The translations under genes and the position numbers were made by a program. Below, one piece after another: positions 1 to 9,486 of a stretch of 64,000 nucleotides of DNA; positions within the stretch are counted from its first letter, which is position 1, and each line of letters starts with the position of its first letter. The stretch covers positions 832,001-896,000 of the forward strand of contig JBBCGK010000001.1 of assembly GCA_037200965.1 (NCBI GenBank), read 5' to 3'. The notes beneath the pieces are model-generated. The model searched no databases. It saw only the letters and a list, made by a program, of their open reading frames with translations, and was not told where the DNA came from. This DNA comes from a bacterium (lineage in GTDB: Bacteria > Patescibacteriota > Minisyncoccia > Phycocordibacterales > Phycocordibacteraceae).

Positions 1-7
1 GAACGGC

Positions 8-1468
8 GTGGAATATTATGACGGCCTCAAACTTACGAACGGATCGGGCTTCGTCTTCGACGGAAGCCATGTCGGCATCGGAACGACGACGCCGGCGTTT
101 CCGTTCGTGCTTTCTGGAGCAAATTCCTCGACGACGTACCTTGATCCGAGCATCGGGGTTCCTGTCGTCCCGCAGGCGCTCCTTTCGACTTCGTATTCCG
201 CCCCGGGCACCACCAATTTCGCAAATCTCTTTGTCGACACGACCGAGCGATACACCACCGCACAGGCGGGCGGCACCAACTACGGCATTTACGACAGCGT
301 TACGATTCCCGCATCCGCGACGGTCGCCCAGCCTTCCATCGCGGCTCTTGGCGTATTTGCGAACCACCGGGGATCGGCGCCGATGTCGACCCTCTACGGC
401 GCGAATCTGATTGCACGGTCAAGCGGGAGTGCGACGATAGCGAGCATGAACGGCTTTTTAGGATCGGTGCAGATAGCCGGCGGCACGGGCGCAACGTCGA
501 CGAACGCGTCGGGCGTGACCGGAATCGTCGCGGTCACGTCTCCTTATAGCCGCATCACGAACGCCCAGGCCCTCTCCGCATCGCTTACGCTCGGCAACGC
601 GAACGCGTCGTTTACGAACGGCTACGGGCTCAAGATCAACGACCTCATCAATACCGGAAGCATTACGAGCACCTACGGCGTCTATGTCGGGGATATAACC
701 GCAGGCACGCAGACTAACCGGCCGTACTCCTTCTATGCGTTCGACGCGTCCGCGTACAATTATTTTGCCGGCAATACCGGCATCGGTACCTCAAGCCCGG
801 CAACGGCGCTTGAAGTCGGCGGCGACGTCACCATCGACGCCATACTGAACTGCAACGGCCTTACCCAGGCGGTCGTCACCGACGCGAACGGGAAGCTGCA
901 GTGCGGCGCGCTTACCCCTTCTGATAAGCGTCTCAAGACCAACATCGAACCGCTTGACGCGGCTTCCGGCCTTTCGCTTATCGAGAAACTCAGGCCGGTT
1001 TCGTACGACTGGAAAGATCCGCGGGTATACGGCAATTCGCCGCAGCTCCAGTACGGCTTCATCGCGCAGGAGGAGCGGGAGGTTGCGCCGAACCTGGTCG
1101 CCACCACGGCGCCGACCGCGCTTACGCCCGGCGAGACTTACGTATTCAATTATTTCGGCCTCATCGCGCCGATCGTAAAGGCTATTCAGGAACTTGACGC
1201 GCGCATCGTTGCGTTCGGAGAATCGTTTTCCTCGGCCGTGGCAACGTTTGGAGCGGTTACGACGCGCGACATAACGGTCGAGCAGGCGCTCTGCATCGGA
1301 AGCACCTGCGTTACGGAAGACGATCTCAAAGCGATTCTGTCGAATAACCGGATGCAGGCGCCGGCGCCTCCCCCGCCGCCCGCAGAGGAATCGGCCCCGG
1401 ATACCGCTTCGCCGGAAGAAGAAAGCGCGGATACGCCAAAGGACAGCGCGGATATCCCCGTTCCATGA
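8..1468 (+). CDS. Gly/Ser/Thr-rich surface (tail-fibre-like) protein with a C-terminal peptidase S74 intramolecular-chaperone domain; partial, the 5' end runs off the window
   Basis: C-terminal segment DKRLKTNIEPLDAASGLSLIEKLRPVSYDWKD...YGFIAQEEREVAPNLV matches the endosialidase/tail-spike chaperone (S74) signature. It is followed by a Pro/acidic tail. The ORF begins at the window edge. Confidence 0.6.
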   Translation: MEYYDGLKLTNGSGFVFDGSHVGIGTTTPAFPFVLSGANSSTTYLDPSIGVPVVPQALLSTSYSAPGTTNFANLFVDTTERYTTAQAGGTNYGIYDSVTIPASATVAQPSIAALGVFANHRGSAPMSTLYGANLIARSSGSATIASMNGFLGSVQIAGGTGATSTNASGVTGIVAVTSPYSRITNAQALSASLTLGNANASFTNGYGLKINDLINTGSITSTYGVYVGDITAGTQTNRPYSFYAFDASAYNYFAGNTGIGTSSPATALEVGGDVTIDAILNCNGLTQAVVTDANGKLQCGALTPSDKRLKTNIEPLDAASGLSLIEKLRPVSYDWKDPRVYGNSPQLQYGFIAQEEREVAPNLVATTAPTALTPGETYVFNYFGLIAPIVKAIQELDARIVAFGESFSSAVATFGAVTTRDITVEQALCIGSTCVTEDDLKAILSNNRMQAPAPPPPPAEESAPDTASPEEESADTPKDSADIPVP

Positions 1469-2235
1469 GCTGCGCAAACGCCATGCGGGCGGTTGCCGGG
1501 ATAGCCATTGTCCTCGTTTTATCTCTCGGCGGCACACCCTTCGCGTTTGCCGCCGCCATCGATACGAGCTATCCGTATGCCTGGAGCGAGAATGTGGGAT
1601 GGATAAACTTCGCGCCTCCTTCCGGGGACGTCGAGGTAACCGATACCGGGCTTACCGGCTATGCCTGGAGCGGGAATGACGGCTGGATAAGCCTGCATCC
1701 GTCGGACGAAACCTACGTGCATAACGACGGCGGGGGCAATCTCTCGGGCTACGCGTGGGGAGAAAACCTCGGCTATATCGACTTCGCCGGCGTTTCGATA
1801 GATGCGGACGGTTTCTTCCACGGATACGCGAGCTCGACCGCCGCCGGACGCATCAGTTTTAACTGCGGGAATACCGGTTCCTGCGCCGCCGCTGACTTTA
1901 AGGTGCGTACGTTCTGGAGCACGGATATGGAGGCTGTCCCGCATTCATCCGGACGCGGGGGTTCCCCGTTTTTTCCGAACGCACCCGTTCTTTCTCCGGA
2001 GCGTTCTTCCGGCGCCGCGCTTACGGCGTATGGCCCGGTGTCCGGTTCGTTAGCCAGTGCGACGCCCCGTTTTGCCGAAGGAGGGACACGGCTCGCGCCG
2101 CAAACGCTCTTCGATATCGGCGTTCTTCCGCTCGTTTCTTCCCCGTCGTTCATCATTCCGGCATTCGCGCTCGGCGGCATCGCGCTCGCGTTTTTCTTTT
2201 TTGCTTTGCGGCGTTCCCGAAAGCGGGAGTCGTAG
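1465..2235 (+). CDS. Secreted repeat protein with a C-terminal hydrophobic anchor and basic tail (sortase-type sorting-signal-like)
   Basis: N-terminal signal peptide. Three repeats of GYAWSxNxGWIxF. The C-terminus is a TM helix followed by RRSRKRES. The start overlaps the upstream stop by 4 nt. Confidence 0.5.
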   Translation: MSCANAMRAVAGIAIVLVLSLGGTPFAFAAAIDTSYPYAWSENVGWINFAPPSGDVEVTDTGLTGYAWSGNDGWISLHPSDETYVHNDGGGNLSGYAWGENLGYIDFAGVSIDADGFFHGYASSTAAGRISFNCGNTGSCAAADFKVRTFWSTDMEAVPHSSGRGGSPFFPNAPVLSPERSSGAALTAYGPVSGSLASATPRFAEGGTRLAPQTLFDIGVLPLVSSPSFIIPAFALGGIALAFFFFALRRSRKRES

Positions 2236-2544
2236 CGCGGGATTTTTCTGCCTCGATTTAAATCGGCGGTATTTCATATCATGGAGCTACGTTAAATTCC
2301 GTGTTGGTCAAAATACGCAAAAAAGCTTGAGGTATCGAGCCCTTTTGCCTGTTTTGAACGCGAATATACAAACACTTGTTTAATTGGCGGGAAAAACGTA
2401 TTTTTCAAGAACCTCTCCGGGAGCAACGGACCTGTTCCGGCTCGTATGTACGGGCTGGAATTTTCGCATTTAAAGGAATACCGCTTTCTCCGGTACGGAA
2501 AGATACCAACACGAATGGTTACTTAACTCAATCTTCTTATCCTT

Positions 2545-3519
2545 ATGAAGCATTGCCCGTATTGCCAGCATTCCGTTCAGCGCTGGGGTCATACCGAGAG
2601 CGGCGCGAGCCGTTTCTTCTGCCCGTCCTGCCGGAGGACGATAACCCGGAGGAAGCGCAAGGACGTGCGCGAGCGGCATTTACGCCATGAGCTCGACTTG
2701 TGGCTCGGGGGCAAGGACAACCTCAGGGAGATCAGTGAGAAGCGGCACGAGACGCGGCAGACGTTTTGGAAGCACATGCGCCCGCTCCTCAGTTTTCCGT
2801 TCGAGCCCGCGATACCCCGCGATCCGGTCCATACGCTCATCCTCGACGCGACGTACATCCACGGGAACGAGCTCTGCGCTTTGGTGGCGATCGACGAGAA
2901 CGACCGCATTTTCTGGCGTTTCGCGCCGCATGAGTCGTATACGGAGTGGTATGAATTCCTGAAGCTCTTTCCGCGGCCCAAAATCCTCGTCATGGACGGG
3001 CAAAAGGGACTCTTTCTCGCCGCAAGAAGCCTGTGGCCGCTGGTTCCGATACAGCGCTGCCAGTTCCACGTCATCGCCTTCTGCACACAATACACCGGCC
3101 GCCGTCCCAAGGACGACGCGTCCCGGTCCGTCCTCGACCTCCTCTATGAGCTCAAATACGCGAAGACTCCCGAGAGCCGCGACCAATGGATACGGCAGTA
3201 CAAGAAATGGGAGAGCAAATACGACCTCTTCCTCTATGCCCGCGGAAACTCCGGCGGGTACCGGTATCCGAAGCTCAGGAGTATCCGCTACGTCATCCGC
3301 AAGGCGCTGCCGAACCTCTTCACCTTCATCGATCACCCCGGGACCCCGAACACCACGAACCTCGTCGAGGGATGGGTGAACGCGGCGGTTGCTGAGGCGA
3401 TACGGCGGCACCGGGGAATCAAGGACTATGAGAAGAAGGTGCTCGTGTCGATCATCCTCACGCATCTCGTGCGCGGGGGCGACGGGAAGGTGAAGAAGTC
3501 TTTTTACGATTCGCTGTAA
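2545..3519 (+). CDS. DDE transposase with N-terminal zinc ribbon (IS1595/ISL3-like)
   Basis: N-terminal CPYC...CPSC zinc ribbon. Acidic residues sit in LILDATYI and LVMDGQKGL, and there is a C-terminal TTNLVEGW motif typical of IS1595/ISL3-type DDE transposases. Confidence 0.6.
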   Translation: MKHCPYCQHSVQRWGHTESGASRFFCPSCRRTITRRKRKDVRERHLRHELDLWLGGKDNLREISEKRHETRQTFWKHMRPLLSFPFEPAIPRDPVHTLILDATYIHGNELCALVAIDENDRIFWRFAPHESYTEWYEFLKLFPRPKILVMDGQKGLFLAARSLWPLVPIQRCQFHVIAFCTQYTGRRPKDDASRSVLDLLYELKYAKTPESRDQWIRQYKKWESKYDLFLYARGNSGGYRYPKLRSIRYVIRKALPNLFTFIDHPGTPNTTNLVEGWVNAAVAEAIRRHRGIKDYEKKVLVSIILTHLVRGGDGKVKKSFYDSL

Positions 3520-3543
3520 CCGTTTTTTGGTATACTTTGGCGG

Positions 3544-4314
3544 ATGCTCAAAGGACCGCCGCTCGACAAGATATGTCTCGACTTGAAGGGGGTGGATCGG
3601 TCCGGCTATCCTTTTTCGCTCCCTATTTTGGAGAATACGGAAGAAATATTCTTTCCCTCGCAAGTCACGTTCTTTGTGGGCGAGAACGGTACCGGCAAGT
3701 CCACAATTCTCGAGGCGATAGCTGTCATAGCTGGATTCGGGCCGGAAGGGGGAAGCAGGAATATTCATTTCAGCTCCTCCGAGGAACGTTTCCACGATGA
3801 TGCAAGGAAACTCGCCGCGCGCATGCGGCCTTCCTGGAGGAAAAAGCCCGCAGACGGAAACGGGTACTTCTTTCGGGCGGAGAGTTTCTTCAGCTTGGCC
3901 AATCATATCGACACGATCGCCCGTGAAGGCGGACAGGGGCCGGGGGCAGCATATGCGCCGTACGGAGGAAAGTCGCTCCATGAGCAGTCGCACGGCGAGA
4001 GCTTCCTCTCGTTCTTCATTAACCGGATACGTTCAGGCGGGTTTTTCGTCTTTGACGAACCGGAAGCCGCGTTATCTCCGCAGCGCCAGCTTTCGCTCCT
4101 GACAATCATTCACGATCTCTGCGAGGATCCCGATTCGCAATTCGTCATCGCGACTCACTCACCGATCTTGCTTGCGTATCCAGGCGCCACGATTTATTCG
4201 TGCGACAGCGGATCGCTCAGGCAAGTCGGTTATAAGGAAACGAGCCACTACGAGATCACCAGGGAATTTCTGGATAATCCCGAGCGGTATTTCGCGCAAT
4301 TGTTTAAGAAATAA
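3544..4314 (+). CDS. AAA/ABC-type ATPase (COG3910-like predicted ATPase)
   Basis: Walker A GENGTGKST, Walker B FFVFDEPEAALSP, H-loop ATHSP. A ~250-aa standalone ATPase located 25 nt after the transposase. Confidence 0.65.
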   Translation: MLKGPPLDKICLDLKGVDRSGYPFSLPILENTEEIFFPSQVTFFVGENGTGKSTILEAIAVIAGFGPEGGSRNIHFSSSEERFHDDARKLAARMRPSWRKKPADGNGYFFRAESFFSLANHIDTIAREGGQGPGAAYAPYGGKSLHEQSHGESFLSFFINRIRSGGFFVFDEPEAALSPQRQLSLLTIIHDLCEDPDSQFVIATHSPILLAYPGATIYSCDSGSLRQVGYKETSHYEITREFLDNPERYFAQLFKK

Positions 4315-4378
4315 CGAATTCGACTTTTCGGATACCGCATGGCATCCTGCGCTCGGGAAACAGTCCGGGGAGGACGCC

Positions 4379-4801
4379 ATGAAGCTTGCAAAAAGCGTTG
4401 TGGCGGCCTACCACAATGCATTCAATATCAAGTTTGCGCTGCCGTCAGCCGTTTGTAACGGCGCGATCGTGCTTGCGATCAACTGGCCGCATGGATCGAG
4501 CGAAGCCGCGTACGCGGGCCTGTGGCAGGCCTTCGCGTCGTTCTTCTCGACGGGTTTTACGGCGCGCGTCGTCCAGCACTTCTCGCCGATACAATCGCCG
4601 CTACCCGCGTACGCCTTGGGAAGCCTGATTCCCGCGGCGCTTACGTTCGGGATGAGCTTTGCCGCCCATTCCTATAACGGCACTAACGATCCGGTACTAA
4701 GCTCTTTGCCGGCAACGGCGATCAGCCTGGTCACGAGCGTCGGAACGAACTGGCTCACGCGCCGCGGATATCTGCTTCCGGGCAACTATCCGGAATCTTG
4801 A
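4379..4801 (+). CDS. Hypothetical membrane protein
   Basis: Hydrophobic ORF. The internal ATG at 4379 (MKLAKS...) was chosen because the longer ORF overlaps the upstream ATPase gene. Confidence 0.4.
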   Translation: MKLAKSVVAAYHNAFNIKFALPSAVCNGAIVLAINWPHGSSEAAYAGLWQAFASFFSTGFTARVVQHFSPIQSPLPAYALGSLIPAALTFGMSFAAHSYNGTNDPVLSSLPATAISLVTSVGTNWLTRRGYLLPGNYPES

Positions 4802-4885
4802 AGGTCGATCACCCCGCCGGGCCAAAATCCGGCGGGGCATCAGTATATTTTATGCAGGACAGGTTGTATACGTTAAACTGCCTAA

Positions 4886-5410
4886 ATGGAAACCCCGGAA
4901 GCCATTCGCGAATTCGGTATCAAGCGGGAGAACGAAGAACGCCGGGACGGCGGGTGCGGCGTTGTCTTTGACCCCGCGACCCAGCGATACGCTATCGGCA
5001 AGCGGGATATGGACGGGCTGTTTCTTCTGTTTTCCGGCGGCGTTGCGGACGATGAGGATATGGAACAGGGCGTCCTGCGAGAAGTGAGGGAAGAGAGCGG
5101 CCTTCATGATTTTCTGTACGTGGAGAAGATCGCCGAAGCTTTTACGCACTATCACAACAAAGCCAAGAACGTGAACCGGGTTGCCAAGGCCACCTGCTTT
5201 CTCGTTATTCTGAGGAGTTCCGATCTCATACCGACGCAGCTTGAAGCGCATGAGCAGTTCTCGCTCGCGTGGGTTACGACCGAAGATATCCTTTCGAACT
5301 GGCGGGAGCGCAACCAAGACCAGGGTCTCGATCACTGGGTATGGTTCCTCGAAAAGTCAGTCGCACGCGCGATCGAGCTTGGGTACGACACCTCCCGTTC
5401 CGTTGCGTGA
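4886..5410 (+). CDS. NUDIX hydrolase
   Basis: Nudix box GGVADDEDMEQGVLREVREESGL (Gx5Ex7REUxEExGU). Confidence 0.75.
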   Translation: METPEAIREFGIKRENEERRDGGCGVVFDPATQRYAIGKRDMDGLFLLFSGGVADDEDMEQGVLREVREESGLHDFLYVEKIAEAFTHYHNKAKNVNRVAKATCFLVILRSSDLIPTQLEAHEQFSLAWVTTEDILSNWRERNQDQGLDHWVWFLEKSVARAIELGYDTSRSVA

Positions 5411-5527
5411 AGAAAGCCGGTAGTTGCGCGTTATTTCGTTCACCGCCGGTTCACGGCGCGTTTCATACCATACGGGCCGGTGCGGTGTCTCAGTACCGAG
5501 ACGCACCGCATGCGATTAGCAGTCTAA

Positions 5528-6763
5528 TTGCACGAACCTATGCACACCATTGCAGCAAAACTCGGAGCGATGGCGATTGCGCCGTTCATGCTGTTCTCCG
5601 CACACGCGCAGACGCAGCATGCGCCGCCCAAGACGCCCGCGCCCGAACATCCTAAGCCCGAGCTCTCCTGCACGACGCTCGAGCACAATCTTTCCTTCGG
5701 CTCCAGGGACTCGAACACCGACGGGGAAGTGAGCGAACTGCAGGCGTTCCTTCGGGCCGACGGCTATCTGAAGGCCGCCGTCTCGGGGACGTATGGCGCG
5801 GCGACCGCGCGCGCCGTGGCGAGCTTCCAGCGCGACGAGCATATCGCCGCGACCGGCTCCGCGGGTCCTAAGACGCGCGCCGCGATCGAGTCGGCAAGCT
5901 GCGGCGAAGCGTCCGCGGACCTCTCGATCTCCGGGATCGACGCGCCGACCGCCCTTGCGATAGGCGCGGAAGGTACGTGGATCGTGAACGTCGATCAGAA
6001 GGGCGACGGCAATCTCCGCTACTCGGTCAAATGGGGCGACGAGGGCAAGGCGAGGATGATGGCGCTTTCCGCTTCGGAAGAGACCTCTTCTTCCGCGACA
6101 TTCACCCACGCCTATGACAGCGCGGGTACGTACGCGCCCGAGTTCACCGTGACCGACGAGAGCGGCCATACGGCCACCAAAGTCGCGGCTACGGTGACGG
6201 TCGGAAGCGAAGCGGCGGCAGCGCACATCGCGTCGATCGCTCCGAAGTACGGGTATGCGGGAGCAACCGCGACCCTTACGGGCACCGGCTTCCTCGCGGA
6301 TAGCAAGGTGAGCTTCGGCGGCACCGATGCGGAGAACGTCACGGTCATAAGCGACACGTCCGTGACCTTTACCGTCCCGGCGGTCGACCCCGGCACCTAC
6401 GACGTCGCCCTTACGAACGGGAACGGCACGAGCAACGCGGTTTCCTTCAAAGTAATCGCGAAGCCCGCGGCCAAGCTCTCGATCTCGGGAATCGACGCTC
6501 CGGTGAAGCTCTCGGTTGATCAGGAGGGGACGTGGACGGTCCATGCGGATACGAACACGTCCGGCAGCCTCCACTACAGCGTGACATGGGGCGACGAAGG
6601 GGCCATGCGCTCGATGCTTGCGTCGAAGGGTACGGTTCAGACTTCCTCGACCTTCACCCACAGCTACGCGAAGGCGGGGACGTATGCCCCGAAGTTCACG
6701 GTTTCTGACGACAGCGGCAAGAGCGCGTCCGTAAGCGCGACGGTCGTCGTCCGAGCGAAGTAA
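5528..6763 (+). CDS. Secreted protein with a peptidoglycan-binding domain, PKD-like repeats and an IPT/TIG-like domain
   Basis: Signal peptide. PG_binding_1-like segment (GEVSELQAFLRADGYL...ARAVASFQRDEHI). Two repeats LSISGIDAP...GTW...YSVxWGDEG...TFTHxYxxAGTYAP.FTVxDxSG typical of PKD domains. Confidence 0.6.
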   Translation: MHEPMHTIAAKLGAMAIAPFMLFSAHAQTQHAPPKTPAPEHPKPELSCTTLEHNLSFGSRDSNTDGEVSELQAFLRADGYLKAAVSGTYGAATARAVASFQRDEHIAATGSAGPKTRAAIESASCGEASADLSISGIDAPTALAIGAEGTWIVNVDQKGDGNLRYSVKWGDEGKARMMALSASEETSSSATFTHAYDSAGTYAPEFTVTDESGHTATKVAATVTVGSEAAAAHIASIAPKYGYAGATATLTGTGFLADSKVSFGGTDAENVTVISDTSVTFTVPAVDPGTYDVALTNGNGTSNAVSFKVIAKPAAKLSISGIDAPVKLSVDQEGTWTVHADTNTSGSLHYSVTWGDEGAMRSMLASKGTVQTSSTFTHSYAKAGTYAPKFTVSDDSGKSASVSATVVVRAK

Positions 6764-6782
6764 GTTCTTAGTGTTCTTTAAA

Positions 6783-6823
6783 GCGGAAACCCCGCGCGGC
6801 CCCTGGCCGCGCGGGGTTTCCGC
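6783..6823 (+). terminator. GC-rich hairpin (19-bp stem, 3-nt loop) downstream of the PKD-protein gene; no U-tract
   Basis: gcggaaaccccgcgcggcc-cct-ggccgcgcggggtttccgc is a perfect inverted repeat, 20 nt after the stop. Confidence 0.4.
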
Positions 6824-6855
6824 TGCGCATAAAGGCCATAGAGTAGAATGGCGGG

Positions 6856-7218
6856 ATGGACAGCTTTGCATTTGGCGACAGCCCGGCAATGGCCGATGAA
6901 CTCCTCGGTCTCGTACTAAGCGGCAAGAAGACCGCTACGGCCTGGGCTGCAAGCCAGGGAATCAAAGGGACGGAAGTAGGAAAGCGCGAAGTTATTAAGG
7001 ATGGCGCGGGAAGAGAGCGCGTGATTATTGAAACCACGGAGATCGTACCCCGTCCATTCTCTGAGGTCGACGCGAGCTTCGCGCGCGATGAAGGCGAAGG
7101 TGACCTGTCCCTCGCGTATTGGCGGCAGGCGCACAAGAGATACTTCACCCGCGAAGGCACGTATGCGGATGATATGGAGGTGTATTGCCAGCGTTTCCGC
7201 ATCGTGGAGGTTTTGTAG
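6856..7218 (+). CDS. ASCH domain protein
   Basis: Size and motifs typical of the ASCH/PUA-like fold (LGLVLSGKKTATAW... tail). Confidence 0.55.
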   Translation: MDSFAFGDSPAMADELLGLVLSGKKTATAWAASQGIKGTEVGKREVIKDGAGRERVIIETTEIVPRPFSEVDASFARDEGEGDLSLAYWRQAHKRYFTREGTYADDMEVYCQRFRIVEVL

Positions 7219-7235
7219 GGGAAGGTTATACTTAT

Positions 7236-7646
7236 CCCATGGCCGAGGCATTCAACCATCAGGCGCTTGGTTTGAGCAAAGACCGCCCGCTGGTCTATAC
7301 GGCGATGTCCAAGCATCTTTTCTATTACCGCATGTTCATTTCGAAATATGTTCTCGAGAACGGTGCCGTCCCGCTCAATCCTTTCATGGTGTTCGATTAT
7401 TTTTTGCTTGATGCCGTCGACCGCGACCTTGTCCGGGAGGGGAATAACAATCTCGTAAAAAGATGCGACGAGTTTTGGGTCTTTGGGGCCGTGAGCAACG
7501 GCGTTCTCGCGGAAATCAAGATCGCCCGCGCGAAAGGGAAACCCGTCAAGTATTTCAAGATAGAAAAGCCGCACAAAATCGTGCCGGTCGAGAAAGAACA
7601 GGTAGAACTCGAAGCGGATATAGAAGCATTCAGGTCAGAATTGTAG
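7236..7646 (+). CDS. Nucleoside 2-deoxyribosyltransferase-like (DUF4406-like) Rossmann protein
   Basis: C-terminal SNGVLAEIKIARAKGKPV resembles the S.G..E.G.A.A.GKPV motif of the Ndt-like family. Start chosen at the internal MAEAF. Confidence 0.35.
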   Translation, partial: PMAEAFNHQALGLSKDRPLVYTAMSKHLFYYRMFISKYVLENGAVPLNPFMVFDYFLLDAVDRDLVREGNNNLVKRCDEFWVFGAVSNGVLAEIKIARAKGKPVKYFKIEKPHKIVPVEKEQVELEADIEAFRSEL

Positions 7647-7653
7647 CCGCGCC

Positions 7654-8067
7654 ATGGGTACCATTACTTTCACGGTCTCCCTCAAAGAGGTACGACCATC
7701 GGATCTCTCCGGATTTTTCGTCGGCTGGCAGACTCCGCCTTCACCGGAAAAGTTCCTGCGGTTGCTGACCAACAGCGAATACCGGGTACTGGCGCTCGAC
7801 GGCGAGAAAGTCGTCGGTTTCATCACCGCCATAACGGACAAGACACTTGCCGCATACATCCCGTTTCTCGAAGTACTGCCTGAATATCAAGGCAGAGGAA
7901 TAGGGCAGAAACTCGTAAAACAAATGCTCGATCTTCTAAGCGAGTATTACATGGTTGATCTGCTCTGTGATGCGGAACTCCAGCCTTTTTACGAGAAGCT
8001 CGGCATGAAAAAGACGGCAGGGATGATGGTACGGAATTATGCAAAACAGAGCGGCTTGGATATATAA
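7654..8067 (+). CDS. GNAT family N-acetyltransferase
   Basis: Acetyl-CoA binding motif QGRGIGQKLV. Confidence 0.7.
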   Translation: MGTITFTVSLKEVRPSDLSGFFVGWQTPPSPEKFLRLLTNSEYRVLALDGEKVVGFITAITDKTLAAYIPFLEVLPEYQGRGIGQKLVKQMLDLLSEYYMVDLLCDAELQPFYEKLGMKKTAGMMVRNYAKQSGLDI

Positions 8068-8095
8068 AACCCGAGAAGATCCGTCTTCCTGTCCT

Positions 8096-8527
8096 TTATA
8101 GGGCCGCTTTAATTGTGCCAGCAATCTCAACCAACTCTTCGTCAGGACTTTTAGCGCGGCTTCCGGGACGATACAGGAAGACCCGCGGATCGTACCGATG
8201 AATACCCGCATCACCTTCTGTGCGGGGAACGACGTGAAGATGGAAATGAGGAACCGCCTGGCCGCCCATTTCTCCGTGATTCCATGCAAAGTTAAACCCC
8301 TTCGCGTCAAAGACTTTTTCCAGTGCCGTCTGCAGCTTATTCCTAAGATCCTCGATTGCCAGCTGTTCGTATGAAGTCAGCTCCCCATAATATTCAACGT
8401 GGCGTTTGGGAGAAACGAGGAGATGGCCGGGAGTAATCGGCAGGTTCGTCGGAAAAGCAAATGCGAGTTCGTTTTCAACCACGATCTGTTTCTGGATTTC
8501 GGGATTTTCACAAAATACGCAGCTCAT
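8096..8527 (-). CDS. HIT family (histidine triad) protein
   Basis: HIT motif HFHLHVVPR. N-terminal CxxC. Confidence 0.8.
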   Translation of the reverse strand: MSCVFCENPEIQKQIVVENELAFAFPTNLPITPGHLLVSPKRHVEYYGELTSYEQLAIEDLRNKLQTALEKVFDAKGFNFAWNHGEMGGQAVPHFHLHVVPRTEGDAGIHRYDPRVFLYRPGSRAKSPDEELVEIAGTIKAAL

Positions 8528-8611
8528 GCAGGGAGTATACAGTAAACGATCCCGACGCTCTGCTCCGGATTATGTATCTGCAGCGGCTGTCTTGGTATAA
8601 AATGTCCTTCT

Positions 8612-9286
8612 ATGCAGTTGTCGGAATTGCAGGGAAATCTATATCGAGATACGTATCTTTTCGATCCGGTATCGTACGGAAGGATATTCGCATTCGTGGA
8701 TTTCGCGAATGTCCGGCACTGGGCAAAGAGTTTTTGGCCTATAGAGAACAGGCTCTTCCTCCAAAAGGAGATTGATATCAGCAAGGTGGGGAAAGTCATA
8801 GACACTGTTAAGCCAAGCAGAAAGTTCTTCTACTATGGATACCACCGGGAACATCCCGAGCTCTCTGCACAGCATGAATTAAATAAGAAGCATCGGAAAT
8901 CGTGGTACCGTATAGCTAAAGCACAGGACTGCGGGTTCTCCACACGCCAGAAAGAGATAAAGGAGATCAACGATTTCGACGAGGACGGAAAATTCGTCGG
9001 CGTGCGTAGGAAGTGCAATTTCGATATCGAGATGGCTATGGACATGCTGCGACATGTCGAGCAATACGATACGGTATTCCTACGGTCCGGCGACAGCGAC
9101 TTCCATAAGCTTCTTCTCTATCTGAAGGAAAAGAAAAAGAAGCAGGTCATTACGGTTTGCGCACGGGACTTCGTAAGCAAGGAGGTGGATGAGTGTTCTG
9201 ATCTTTTCATTCCCGCAGATCCATTCAAGGATATTCTCGAGTATGTAAAAGACACCTCCCCCGGCTTGCGCCAGGGGAGGGCATAA
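8612..9286 (+). CDS. NYN/LabA-like (PIN-fold) domain protein
   Basis: FDIEMAMDM ... VFLRSGDSDFHKLLLYLKEKKKQVITV is the characteristic NYN acidic-residue pattern. Confidence 0.55.
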   Translation: MQLSELQGNLYRDTYLFDPVSYGRIFAFVDFANVRHWAKSFWPIENRLFLQKEIDISKVGKVIDTVKPSRKFFYYGYHREHPELSAQHELNKKHRKSWYRIAKAQDCGFSTRQKEIKEINDFDEDGKFVGVRRKCNFDIEMAMDMLRHVEQYDTVFLRSGDSDFHKLLLYLKEKKKKQVITVCARDFVSKEVDECSDLFIPADPFKDILEYVKDTSPGLRQGRA

Positions 9287-9319
9287 ATACGATCCTAATT
9301 ACCTCTAGGTAAGGATAGC

Positions 9320-9366
9320 TTGCGCTATAGGCAACAGTATACACTGATAGCAGTGTATAGGCAACT
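9320..9366. promoter_or_regulatory. Operator-like element: direct repeat TATAGGCAAC x2 flanking the inverted repeat TATACACTG-ATAG-CAGTGTATA
   Basis: Read directly in the intergenic region ~120 nt upstream of the 9487 gene. Confidence 0.25.
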
Positions 9367-9486
9367 TTTCCACATGCCGCACCACGGCAAAGAACAAGGC
9401 TAAAAACAGGAACTGCAGACCGTTCACCGTTTCTTTAATGTCGCTTTACGACGTCAGAGTAAAGCAGGTCGTAGTAAGATAATTCT

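Noticed and set aside
2680-3993. Long minus-strand ORF (437 aa) antisense to the transposase and ATPase genes. Similar antisense ORFs occur at 5516..6889, 13109..14761, 14470..15849, 30700..32136, 50799..52031, 52928..54217, 56994..58343 and 62792..63637.
   Set aside because: These are Arg/Pro/Gly-rich low-complexity translations opposite well-supported genes. They are typical shadow ORFs of high-GC DNA, and none has a recognisable family.
2471-4346. 7-bp direct repeat ATACCGC flanking the transposase+ATPase pair, as a possible target-site duplication.
   Set aside because: No terminal inverted repeats were found adjacent to the repeats. A 7-bp match within 2 kb can occur by chance. It is mentioned in the findings only as weak support.
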